A stretch of 41,322 bases of DNA from a virus. Its lineage: Duplodnaviria > Caudoviricetes. Position numbers and translations under genes: made by a program. The notes under the pieces were generated by a model. That model did no database searches and had not been told where the DNA came from. It was given only the letters and a program-made list of their open reading frames with translations. Shown here in pieces: positions 1-8,443 of this stretch. Every line of letters starts with the position of its first letter. Positions within the stretch are counted from its first letter, which is position 1. Location of the stretch: IMG/VR virus record IMGVR_UViG_3300033493_000004, positions 1 to 41,322 of that record. One strand, 5' to 3'.

Positions 1-148
1 ATGCCGACCATCGCGGCTGTCGTGACGATGAGGACTTGTTTGCTGATGAGACAGACGAAGACCTGTTTGGTGAGTAAGACTCTTAGGCCTCACGACTCTA
101 TACGTAGTCGTGAGGCCGCTAGAGGAGGTACTCAGGATGTTTTGGTCT
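1..148 (+). repeat. Terminal direct repeat, left copy (circular overlap)
   Basis: Matches 41174-41322 except for one missing A after position 22 (gtcg-tgac vs gtcgatgac); 23-148 is an exact match. Confidence 0.95.
86..117 (+). promoter_or_regulatory. Perfect 12-bp stem hairpin after the SSB stop codon (second copy 41260-41291)
   Basis: GGCCTCACGACT-CTATACGT-AGTCGTGAGGCC; no U tract; followed directly by the GAGGAGG ribosome-binding site. Confidence 0.6.
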
Positions 149-439
149 ATATCACGTGCTGCTTTTCGCGAGATAGCTTTCAAAGAGGCATTAGACAAAT
201 CAATCGCGAGGTGGAAACCAGGTAATCCAAGAAGAGGAGTTTCCCCCTCTAATGGATTATGTGAATTACATGGCTATAGTTGCAAGAAATGTGAATTACA
301 TGAAAAGCAAAGACGCTCTTGCCGTGACCGTGATTCTGAATTCATGTTATGGGTCTACGCTCGACCCCACAGTAAAGAACGTAAAGAAGCCGCGGACCGC
401 ATTTACACAATGCTGCTTGAGATAAAGGAAGAGAAGTAA
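137..439 (+). CDS. Hypothetical 4-Cys protein, paralogue of 6402-6746 and 6743-7315
   Basis: GAGGAGG SD before ATG 137; shares WxPxNxxRG, LC, YxC..CxL, C, W and ADxIY motifs with the two paralogues. Confidence 0.8.
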   Translation: MFWSISRAAFREIAFKEALDKSIARWKPGNPRRGVSPSNGLCELHGYSCKKCELHEKQRRSCRDRDSEFMLWVYARPHSKERKEAADRIYTMLLEIKEEK

Positions 440-663
440 TGGATGAAAAACGAATGATGCAAGTTCTAGTTCTTGCTTATATCGCCGATCTAGCGGCGAG
501 TGGTGGGTCGAGAGTTATAGAAGTAGGTCTTACTCTCGACTCCATGGTTTGTACATATTGCAACACGCTAGGGTACGTGAGTCTTAAGCAAGATGAATAC
601 GGTGTTTGGCACGTCGAGTTAACAAAGCGTGCCCTAAAAGACATAGGGGCAAGCAAGGAATGA
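439..663 (+). CDS. Hypothetical protein, possible winged helix
   Basis: TAATG coupling to the upstream gene and ATGA coupling to the polymerase; GYV...VELTKRA wing-like ending. Confidence 0.65.
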   Translation: MDEKRMMQVLVLAYIADLAASGGSRVIEVGLTLDSMVCTYCNTLGYVSLKQDEYGVWHVELTKRALKDIGASKE

Positions 664-2624
664 TCCTTCATCTAGATTTCGAGACACGGTCAGAGCTTGG
701 GTTCAAGGGATTCAAGCAGCGTGACGGCTACACCAACACGGGCGTCGGCGTGACGCTCTACGCGAAGCATCCTTCGACAGAGGTCCTTTGCACAGGATAC
801 GCAATTGATGAAGAGAAGCCGGATTGCCTCGATGGTAGATGGAGCCACCTGAAGCGCTGTCTAAAAGATCTGATAGAAGACGCGGACTACGTTTGTGCAC
901 ACAATGCAAGTTTCGAGTGGAACGAGCTTACTTATACTTTAGGCATCGAGGCCTCACCATCGAAATTCATCTGCACCGCGGCGATGGCACGCCATGCCGG
1001 TCTTCCCGGCTCACTCAAAGAAGCCGCTGAGGTGCTTGGCTTGAGGCGGCAGAAAATCACAGACAGCCCGATGATGAAGATGTGTAAGCCACGGTCGCTA
1101 TGGGTCACCAAAGGCAAAGGGCCAAAGTGGTTTTTCAATGAAGCGGACTTCGAGAAGCTTTGTGAATACTGTATGCAAGACGTCGAGGTAGAACGAGCCT
1201 TGTACCATGCGCTTCCGCCGTTACCTAACCGTGAACGGCGCATATGGCTCATGGATTTCGCAATTAATCAGCGTGGTATCCCGGTCGACGTGTCGCTTGC
1301 CAAAGTGTGCATGGATCTAGGTAAACGGATAACAGATGAGGCAAGCGAAGACCTATCAGTGCTCACAGAAGGCCACGTTACAACGATTAAACAACGCGAC
1401 AAATATTTGGAGTGGTGTAAAGAAAAAGGAACAGTTCTTTCAGGTCTGTCCGCAAACGAAGTTACAGAAACCTTGGCGCGTGGTGACTTAGAGTCATCTG
1501 TTCGGCAGGCTCTTGAGCTTCGACAAACCGCGGGTGGCGCGGCTTGGAGCAAATATCAGGCGTTCATCGACAAGCAGGACAACGGCCGAATCAAGAATGG
1601 CTACATCTATTGTGGCTCACATACGAGACGATGGGCGGCGACTGGGGTGCAGTCGCAAAACATCATCAAGCCACCGATGAAGCGTGAAGAAGCAGAAGCA
1701 GTCATCGAGAGCCTACTTGCTCTAGGCGGCGTACCGGATGACGTCGATACGAAAAAGGTTCTTGATTCCCTTGTGAGAAGTGTCATCTGCGCGCCACCTG
1801 GTAAAGTCTTCGTTGCGTTTGACCTCGCGGGGATTGAGGCCCGTGTTGTCAACTGGCTTGCATGCCAGGATGACGTTGTCAAGGATTTCGCTGATGGTGT
1901 AGGCGTCTATGAAAAAATGGCGGGCACCATTTATAAATGCGACCCGGCATCAATTAAAAACCCATCGAAGGAGAGGGACATCGGAAAGCAGACCGAACTC
2001 GGATGCGGCTTCGGTATGCAGGACGAAACCCTCGCGGCAAATTGTCGGAAACGAGGTATCGAGGTGTCGGGTGAACTCGCTAGGAAGGCTGTTAATGCCT
2101 ACGCGCTGCGACACCCAAAAGTTGTAGAGCTTTGGTGGAAAATGCACCATGCGGCAAAAGAAACATTATTAACTGGAAAGGACCATCGTGTCCTTGGTTG
2201 CCGTGGCACTCTCTTATTCTCGGTAGTTGAAACGGGAAACATTAAATCCTTAGCGCTTGAGATACCTTCAGGCGGCATGTTGTATTACCCAAAAGCAAAA
2301 ATGGAGAGCGGGAACATTGTGTTCTGGGGCAAAACGAGGACCGGAAAGTACGATTGGGTTAGGCTCTACCACGGTGTAGAAATCGAAAACGCAGTCCAGT
2401 CACTCGCGCGTGACTTATTCGCTGAAGCGATGCTCCGAATGGAAGATGCATCCTATGGAGAAATAGTCATGCACAGCCATGACGAAATCGTCGTTGAAGT
2501 TGATGAATGGTATGCAGAGGAACACGCAGAAGCACTTAAGCATGCGTTAACAAGCGGTACGCTTTGGTCAAAAGGGCTTCCTGTCGCAGTGACAGGTTGG
2601 ATCGGAAAGAGGTATAGGAAATGA
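660..2624 (+). CDS. polA: Phage family A DNA polymerase with 3'-5' exonuclease
   Basis: Exo motifs LDFETRS, AHNASFE, YCMQDV; polymerase motifs A (DLAGIEARV), B (RDIGKQTELGCGFG), C (HSHDEIV); ATGA-coupled start at 660. Confidence 0.95.
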   Translation: MILHLDFETRSELGFKGFKQRDGYTNTGVGVTLYAKHPSTEVLCTGYAIDEEKPDCLDGRWSHLKRCLKDLIEDADYVCAHNASFEWNELTYTLGIEASPSKFICTAAMARHAGLPGSLKEAAEVLGLRRQKITDSPMMKMCKPRSLWVTKGKGPKWFFNEADFEKLCEYCMQDVEVERALYHALPPLPNRERRIWLMDFAINQRGIPVDVSLAKVCMDLGKRITDEASEDLSVLTEGHVTTIKQRDKYLEWCKEKGTVLSGLSANEVTETLARGDLESSVRQALELRQTAGGAAWSKYQAFIDKQDNGRIKNGYIYCGSHTRRWAATGVQSQNIIKPPMKREEAEAVIESLLALGGVPDDVDTKKVLDSLVRSVICAPPGKVFVAFDLAGIEARVVNWLACQDDVVKDFADGVGVYEKMAGTIYKCDPASIKNPSKERDIGKQTELGCGFGMQDETLAANCRKRGIEVSGELARKAVNAYALRHPKVVELWWKMHHAAKETLLTGKDHRVLGCRGTLLFSVVETGNIKSLALEIPSGGMLYYPKAKMESGNIVFWGKTRTGKYDWVRLYHGVEIENAVQSLARDLFAEAMLRMEDASYGEIVMHSHDEIVVEVDEWYAEEHAEALKHALTSGTLWSKGLPVAVTGWIGKRYRK

Positions 2625-2923
2625 CGCCTGAGGCAAAAGTAAAAGCATACTTTAAGAAGTGCTGCAAAGAATGGGGGTTTATCGCGGTCCCGCTTAGACC
2701 AGCTACCGGGTTCAAGGGTTGGCCTGATTACACGGTGCTAATCGATAATACAGGGAAGACCGCCTTCGTTGAGGTAAAAGAAGCGAAGGCAAACATGAAC
2801 AAAAAACATGTCAAAGAACAAAGCGAGATGCTTCAGACATTACGTGGAAAAGGCCACTTCGCTGAGTTCGCTATAGGAAAAGAAGGTGTTGACGCCTGTG
2901 TAAAAAAGATGCTTGCGTTATGA
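2621..2923 (+). CDS. VRR-NUC domain nuclease
   Basis: PEAKV, GWPD, FVEVK motifs; typical position between PolA and SNF2 helicase. Confidence 0.88.
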   Translation: MTPEAKVKAYFKKCCKEWGFIAVPLRPATGFKGWPDYTVLIDNTGKTAFVEVKEAKANMNKKHVKEQSEMLQTLRGKGHFAEFAIGKEGVDACVKKMLAL

Positions 2924-4209
2924 GGTTGCATCAATACCAGAAAGACGCGATTCGCTTTTTGCTTAATCATCCGCGTTGCTCATTATTCGCAGACCCGGGA
3001 GCAGGGAAGACGGTAATCATTTTAAGTGTGTTAGCTATACTCAAGGCGCGCGGCCTTCTTCCTAGGCCTGTGCTTGTAACAGCACCGTCAATTGTATGCG
3101 AGACAGTCTGGCGCCAAGAAGCGGAGAAGTGGCGGCATTTAATCGACTTGACTTTCTCTCTTGTGGCGGGTTCGAAAAAAGAGAAGAAGGGGGCTTTGCA
3201 GTCGCCGGCCGACATCCATCTTGTCACGCATGAGTACCTCAGGCTTATGGAGGAAGAACTACCGAAGTATAGAACGTTAATCGTTGATGAGAGCTCTAGA
3301 TACTTTACAAAATGGACCGGCGACACCGTTAAGATTTTGAGGCGCCTTTCCTTTGAGCGACAACACATCATGACTGGTACGCCTACGCCAAACACGCTTA
3401 TGAGTCTATTCAGCCAACAGTTCATCGCCGACAAAGGTGCGTCTTTCGGAAAAACGATTACGCCGTTTCGTGCTGAGTTTTTTAACGAGTCGCGCTTTAA
3501 TGTATTCTCAAAGTGGGTGCCGAAAAAAGACGCAGAAGAAAAAATGAGCGAGCATCTACGGGGCCATTGCTATAGAATCGAAATTAAGGAGCACCTCGAT
3601 ATCCCTGAGTTGAGCACGCATGACGTGCTGATACCTGGCGTCAAAAGAAATTTGTCGAAGTGCATTACGAAAAAAGGAATTCTCGACCCGATAGTTTGCG
3701 CCGATGAAAGACGAGTTACAGGCGGCGTGTCTGTTGAGGGATTGTTCATCGACAAAATGAAGCTTAAAGAACTCGAAGGCTTGCTGTCAGAGCTACAAGG
3801 AAAACAAGCCATTGTGTTTTATAGCTTCGACGCTGAAGGCATTGCGCTAGCCCGACACTTCAATGCCCCCAAGATAGACGGCGGCACGCCCAAGCATGTA
3901 AGAAAGGAGTTAGTTGATTCCTGGAATAATAAAGGTCTAGACCTATTGCTCATCAACCCCGCGACAGCCGGCTACGGAATCAATCTTCAAAGCGGTGGTC
4001 ACGATCTCATTTTTTATACGCTGCCTAATAACCAGGCGCATTACTCACAAGCAATTGCGAGAGTATGGCGGCAAGGCGTCGAACAGAAGGTACGTGTACA
4101 CAGGCTGTTGATTAAAGGTTCAATCGATATCGCTGCCGCACGGTCGCTTGAGTCGAAAGAAGAACAGCAAACAGCATTGTTGAATGCAATAAAGGAGATG
4201 CTAGGATGA
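2920..4209 (+). CDS. SNF2-like superfamily 2 helicase
   Basis: LHQYQ, DPGAGKT Walker A, IVDESS, MTGTP, GYGINLQ, QAIARVWRQG. Confidence 0.93.
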   Translation: MRLHQYQKDAIRFLLNHPRCSLFADPGAGKTVIILSVLAILKARGLLPRPVLVTAPSIVCETVWRQEAEKWRHLIDLTFSLVAGSKKEKKGALQSPADIHLVTHEYLRLMEEELPKYRTLIVDESSRYFTKWTGDTVKILRRLSFERQHIMTGTPTPNTLMSLFSQQFIADKGASFGKTITPFRAEFFNESRFNVFSKWVPKKDAEEKMSEHLRGHCYRIEIKEHLDIPELSTHDVLIPGVKRNLSKCITKKGILDPIVCADERRVTGGVSVEGLFIDKMKLKELEGLLSELQGKQAIVFYSFDAEGIALARHFNAPKIDGGTPKHVRKELVDSWNNKGLDLLLINPATAGYGINLQSGGHDLIFYTLPNNQAHYSQAIARVWRQGVEQKVRVHRLLIKGSIDIAAARSLESKEEQQTALLNAIKEMLG

Positions 4210-5495
4210 AGAAACCATTAAACGAGTATGAGATAAACTGGGACGAATGGTATGGTGTCATTAACTACGTTACAGCACAGGCCGTTAAGGATGAGGCAGA
4301 TCGGATATTGTTCCTAGGCTACGTAAAAAAACCTGAGTTGACTGGCGGCTTTTGGCCAACCGCGAGACAGACCCATTACCACCTTGAGACAATCAATCTT
4401 GACGACTACGACTACAAAGAAGCTTGGAAGACGCAAATCTGGGAGAGGCCGAAGCAAGAAGTACTCAAGCCGTTAAGCGAGTATTCACCGGATTGGTCGA
4501 CATGGCGGGGCGAGATAAAATATATAGTATGTAGCAAAGGTGTGTATGGTAAACCTGCACTTTTGTTTGGCTATAAAGAAAACGTTAACTACAATGAAAA
4601 TCTCAAAGCTTGGCATCTATCAGACTCATGGCGTATTTTTGCGGACTGTGACAAATACAATATAGACTCATGGCGCACTCAAATCTGGGAGAGACCGAAG
4701 AAAGAAGTACTTAAGCCGTTGATCGAGTTTCAAATAAACTGGGATAGCTGGGGCGAAGATGTTAAATACGTAATGCTTCATCACTACGAAAACCGCGGCG
4801 ACGTTGCTCTTTTTGGCTTCTCCAAAAAATCAGATATTGATGTCGGCAACGAATGGCAAAGAGTAGAACAGATTAGATCGATCCAAAAGGAAGCTTTATG
4901 TGAATACGACTACAAAGAGGCATGGAAAACGCAAATCTGGGAGAGACCGAAGAAAGAAGGAAATGATCGAACGAAGAAACCATTAAGCGAGTATAATATT
5001 AATTGGGATGAATGGCACAGTGCTATCAACTACGTTACAGTTAACGTCCCTAGTGATACGCCAGACATATATATGTTTTTTGGTTACATGGAAAAACCAG
5101 AACTAGTCAACGGTTTCATGCCAGCGGTACGGCAATTGAAGAATATCAGGAATGACACTCTTAATGAGTATGACTTTTCATCATCTTGGATGTCGCAAAT
5201 CTGGGAGCGGCCGAAACTCGATTGGAGAGATTGGCCGAATGAAAGGTGTCAACCGGTGCCAATGTCAGACGAAGAAGCATCAAACAAAGACTCACATTAC
5301 CGAGAGATGAACATCGAGCCCATCGTGATTCAAGAGCAGATAATGGGCGCGGCTGCGATGCCTGCTTATTGCCTTGCGCAAGCGGTGAAATACATATTGC
5401 GAGCGGGACACAAAGAAGGTGCTTCTTTTATGGATGACTTGGTAAAGGCAAGAAATTATTTACACCGTGCGATCACAGGGGAGTGGTACAAATAA
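4206..5495 (+). CDS. Protein with four ~80-aa Trp-rich repeats and a C-terminal DUF3310-like domain
   Basis: Four KPLxE..W..W ... WxxQIWERPK units; C-terminal SHY..IEPI..AVKYILRAGHK..DLVKARNYL matches the DUF3310 pattern. Confidence 0.8.
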   Translation: MKKPLNEYEINWDEWYGVINYVTAQAVKDEADRILFLGYVKKPELTGGFWPTARQTHYHLETINLDDYDYKEAWKTQIWERPKQEVLKPLSEYSPDWSTWRGEIKYIVCSKGVYGKPALLFGYKENVNYNENLKAWHLSDSWRIFADCDKYNIDSWRTQIWERPKKEVLKPLIEFQINWDSWGEDVKYVMLHHYENRGDVALFGFSKKSDIDVGNEWQRVEQIRSIQKEALCEYDYKEAWKTQIWERPKKEGNDRTKKPLSEYNINWDEWHSAINYVTVNVPSDTPDIYMFFGYMEKPELVNGFMPAVRQLKNIRNDTLNEYDFSSSWMSQIWERPKLDWRDWPNERCQPVPMSDEEASNKDSHYREMNIEPIVIQEQIMGAAAMPAYCLAQAVKYILRAGHKEGASFMDDLVKARNYLHRAITGEWYK

Positions 5496-5497
5496 AC

Positions 5498-5551
5498 TCA
5501 AGAGTGGACCCGGACTCTTGTGTGGTTTTCCGTGCCGTGGTGGGTTATAAT
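5498..5551 (+). promoter_or_regulatory. Hairpin plus perfect -10 box upstream of the lytic transglycosylase
   Basis: CAAGAGT..ACTCTTG inverted repeat after the upstream stop; TATAAT at 5546-5551 without a consensus -35. Confidence 0.35.
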
Positions 5552-5601
5552 GGATCGTCTAACCGCTTCTTTTAAGGAGCCGAACGCGAGGAGCCTATGA
5601 G

Positions 5602-6171
5602 ATGAAAACGCCACATAGTACTTTCGAGCCACGGCACGGCTTTAATTATCTGTTCGCCGTTATCTTTTGGTTACTGTTCGCCTTGCTCTGTGGACACGCA
5701 AAGAGTGAGTCACATATGTCACCGGTACCGTTTTTTATGGAAAATAATCGAAGCCCAGTTTCCGATTACGTTCGTTGGTTCCACGAGCGAGCCCCAGCAA
5801 GGCTTGAGTCTGCACTCAGGCATGCAAAGGTCGTTGAGTTTACGGCGAAGCTCTACGGCGTTGACCCGCTGCTTGTTGCGGTAATAGTGTCCTGTGAATC
5901 CTCTTGGCGTGCGAACGCGACAGGGCGACTCGGGGTGAAAGGCCTCATGCAAACACACGGTGCTGCGTCTAAGGGCTTTGACACGTCTACTCCTGAGGGG
6001 CAAATAGAGTCAGGCGTTGCATGGCTTAGACAGGGAATCCGGAAATGCGGAGAAGGACCTAGGGCCTTGGCGTGGTACGGCGGCGCAGGATGCACGAAAC
6101 CAAAATGGGCTACCTGGCGATGGAAACAGTACGAGAAAGCAAAAAGGAGATTCGGAAATGAGAAGAATTAA
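5602..6171 (+). CDS. SLT-family lytic transglycosylase with N-terminal hydrophobic segment (candidate endolysin)
   Basis: YGVDPLLVAVIVSCESSW (catalytic Glu), GLMQ and ALAWYGG motifs; N-terminal YLFAVIFWLLFALLC. Confidence 0.85.
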   Translation: MKTPHSTFEPRHGFNYLFAVIFWLLFALLCGHAKSESHMSPVPFFMENNRSPVSDYVRWFHERAPARLESALRHAKVVEFTAKLYGVDPLLVAVIVSCESSWRANATGRLGVKGLMQTHGAASKGFDTSTPEGQIESGVAWLRQGIRKCGEGPRALAWYGGAGCTKPKWATWRWKQYEKAKRRFGNEKN

Positions 6172-6400
6172 AGACAGAGAAGCAAGAAGACAAAAAAGAA
6201 TAGCCGCGAAGCGACTTAGAAAACAAAGCGCACTAGAAGCCATTGGCGCTCGGAAACCAGAAAGCAGAGTTATTGAACTTGTAACAATGGGGTGTCATAA
6301 TTGCGGCTACACAATGATGTACCCAGAGGGCACACCGTGCAAGTGTATAAAACTTGACCCGTGGCTTATTCAAAGGCGTGAATACACGAGGTGTGACTAA
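6158..6400 (+). CDS. Basic hypothetical protein with CxxC...CxC zinc ribbon
   Basis: AGGAG SD before ATG 6158; CHNCG and CKC. Confidence 0.65.
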   Translation: MRRIKDREARRQKRIAAKRLRKQSALEAIGARKPESRVIELVTMGCHNCGYTMMYPEGTPCKCIKLDPWLIQRREYTRCD

Positions 6401-6401
6401 G

Positions 6402-6746
6402 ATGAAAACAGACTTAGAAGCATTGAAAGAACTGAAGCAAATATGGCACCCTAAGAACCTGTTCCGTGGCTTGAATCACTTCGACCAATTGTGTGATAGA
6501 CACCGCGTGCCGGTTGAAGGCTTGTACCACTGTCGGACAGACGAATGCCCGCTCGCAATGAAATGGGGTGGAGGGTGTAATACAGCGGGAACTAAATACA
6601 ATCAATGGTCGAAAACTGTCATGGTAAGGCAGGTACCCCTCGGATTCGTCGAGCTTGTAGAAACAGATGAATCGAAGGAGATAGCCGACTCCATTTACGT
6701 GGACATCGTCGAGCTTATTGCCAAGGAAGAAGCGAGGCCAAAATGA
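6402..6746 (+). CDS. Hypothetical 4-Cys protein (paralogue family)
   Basis: GAGGTG SD; clear protein and DNA similarity to 6743-7315. Confidence 0.85.
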   Translation: MKTDLEALKELKQIWHPKNLFRGLNHFDQLCDRHRVPVEGLYHCRTDECPLAMKWGGGCNTAGTKYNQWSKTVMVRQVPLGFVELVETDESKEIADSIYVDIVELIAKEEARPK

Positions 6747-7315
6747 AAACAACTTTAGAAGCATTGAAAGAACTAGACCGTGAATGGTCTCCCGGAAACG
6801 TTAACAGAGGGAAAGGCCACTTCGGATCATTGTGCAAGTTGTACAGGGTAACAACCGATGGTGTGTATCATTGCCTGTCAGATGAATGCCCTCTTTCTAG
6901 GAAATGGGGTAGATCGTGTGACATGTCAGGTACTAAATATAGCCGATGGAGTAAAGAGGTTTACAAATCCGGTATCTACGAAAGAACCAAAGAGTCGGAG
7001 AAGATCGCGGACTCTATATACGCTGCTGTTTTTGGTCTTGTTTGTGAGGAAGAAGCGAGAATACAGCTTGAAGAAGACCGAAAGACGAAAGAGGAGGTCT
7101 ATAAAAGGGTCAATGCCCTATTCGAAAATGAAATCCAAGAACGTGAAAAGCTGTTCACCGAATTAAAGAATCGATTCTTCGGAGAAATGTTTGAACTGAT
7201 GCATGAAATCATCGACCATGGCGAGGACGAGAAACAGGCGAACTTGTATGCTTTGTACCCTGAGGTGCAGTCGCGGCTACACGCAATTGTCGACAAGTGG
7301 AAGGAGACGCTATGA
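6743..7315 (+). CDS. Hypothetical 4-Cys protein with C-terminal helical extension (paralogue family)
   Basis: ATGA coupling; N-terminal domain paralogous to 6402-6746. Confidence 0.85.
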   Translation: MKTTLEALKELDREWSPGNVNRGKGHFGSLCKLYRVTTDGVYHCLSDECPLSRKWGRSCDMSGTKYSRWSKEVYKSGIYERTKESEKIADSIYAAVFGLVCEEEARIQLEEDRKTKEEVYKRVNALFENEIQEREKLFTELKNRFFGEMFELMHEIIDHGEDEKQANLYALYPEVQSRLHAIVDKWKETL

Positions 7316-7533
7316 AAGAATTTCCACAACCCACTGAGCCCGGGTATTATTGGGCGCGCTTCAAAGACGCACAAGACACGTCTAAGTTTTCAATATATTA
7401 CGTTTTTAGAGACCGCGCCAATGATTGCCTCTATGTCCACAGTATATTAGACCACGGAATATTTATCCGTGATGTGGTAGACAGCTACACATGGCTTTCA
7501 GAAAAAATTATTCCACCGAAGGGGGCATTATGA
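7312..7533 (+). CDS. Small hypothetical protein, MKEFPQPTEPG family copy 1
   Basis: AAGGAG SD, ATGA coupling; conserved N- and C-terminal motifs shared with the next two genes. Confidence 0.85.
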   Translation: MKEFPQPTEPGYYWARFKDAQDTSKFSIYYVFRDRANDCLYVHSILDHGIFIRDVVDSYTWLSEKIIPPKGAL

Positions 7534-7727
7534 AAGAATTTCCACAACCCACTGAGCCTGGCTTCTATTGGGCGCGATTAAAGAAAGGTAATGTTGAGTG
7601 TTCCGTTTATCGTGTTTACCGGGCTTGCGATAACAAACTCTACGTCTCTTCCGGGTTTTGTAACTACGAATTGGGTAGCTACATATGGCTCTCTGAAATG
7701 ATACCTTACCCAGAGGAGACGCTATGA
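7530..7727 (+). CDS. Small hypothetical protein, MKEFPQPTEPG family copy 2
   Basis: ATGA coupling; MKEFPQPTEPGFYWARL...WLSEMIPYP. Confidence 0.85.
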   Translation: MKEFPQPTEPGFYWARLKKGNVECSVYRVYRACDNKLYVSSGFCNYELGSYIWLSEMIPYPEETL

Positions 7728-8017
7728 AAGAATTTCCTCAGCCGACTGAGCCCGGGTATTACTGGGCGCGTCTTAAGGGAGAAAAGGAATCAAGTCGATC
7801 AGTCTATAATGTTTATAGAGACCATGAAGATGGCAAACTTTATGTAGAGTGGTGTACGCAACAAGCGGAGCTAAACCGATTTTCGTGGCTTTCTGAAATG
7901 ATACCGTATCCAAAGATCGATATCGAACCACACCGTGACTTAGCTAAGACAGATTTGCTCCCAGGTGAAAAAATTGATTTCAGCAGAAAGGTTAAGAAAT
8001 GGGTCGTCCAAGAATAA
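7724..8017 (+). CDS. Small hypothetical protein, MKEFPQPTEPG family copy 3
   Basis: GAGGAG SD, ATGA coupling; same terminal motifs plus a C-terminal extension. Confidence 0.85.
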   Translation: MKEFPQPTEPGYYWARLKGEKESSRSVYNVYRDHEDGKLYVEWCTQQAELNRFSWLSEMIPYPKIDIEPHRDLAKTDLLPGEKIDFSRKVKKWVVQE

Positions 8018-8226
8018 CGAAACACGCATGCGTGTGTGGGCAGGCAGCCGTTGACAGATTCAAAGGCAACTGGCTTTGCGCGGAGTGCTTAAACCCAGAA
8101 CTTGAGAAACTTGAGTTACAGACTCGAAGCTGCTCGTCACTCGTAGGCGGCGGCGTTGAACCAAAAACGGGCCACTACAAACCTACAACAGAGGCATACC
8201 GATTAACAGATGCGCCGTATTACTAA
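7999..8226 (+). CDS. Small zinc-finger-like protein
   Basis: CVCG...LCAEC; fills the operon gap. Confidence 0.6.
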   Translation: MGRPRITKHACVCGQAAVDRFKGNWLCAECLNPELEKLELQTRSCSSLVGGGVEPKTGHYKPTTEAYRLTDAPYY

Positions 8227-8227
8227 A

Positions 8228-8443
8228 ATGAAAACGTGTTTCAATTGCAAGAATAACTGGTTCTCGATAGGCAAAGACACTCGGGGCCACTATATAAAGT
8301 ATGACGAGTGCCCGTACTTCAAGACGCTTAAGCTTGACAGAAGCGATGTGCCTATAGAAACTGTAATGACGCCAAGTGGGGAAATAGATTTATCTAAACA
8401 TGCCGCTGGTTATCTATGCGGCCATTGGGAGGGAGAAAAATGA
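8228..8443 (+). CDS. Small Cys-containing hypothetical protein
   Basis: KTCFNC...CPY...CGHWE pattern common in phage proteins; coupled to the next gene. Confidence 0.65.
   Translation: MKTCFNCKNNWFSIGKDTRGHYIKYDECPYFKTLKLDRSDVPIETVMTPSGEIDLSKHAAGYLCGHWEGEK

Noticed and set aside
1-225. ORF 1-225
   Set aside because: Created by the 1-bp deletion in the left terminal copy; the region is really the SSB 3' end, a hairpin and the next gene start
660-5495. Modified-base (for example 2-aminoadenine or 7-deazaguanine) DNA system
   Set aside because: No PurZ, Que/Dpd or methyltransferase motifs recognised; DUF3310 alone is insufficient
4206-8017. Diversity-generating retroelement behind the repeated, variable genes
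   Set aside because: No reverse transcriptase recognised and differences are not confined to adenines
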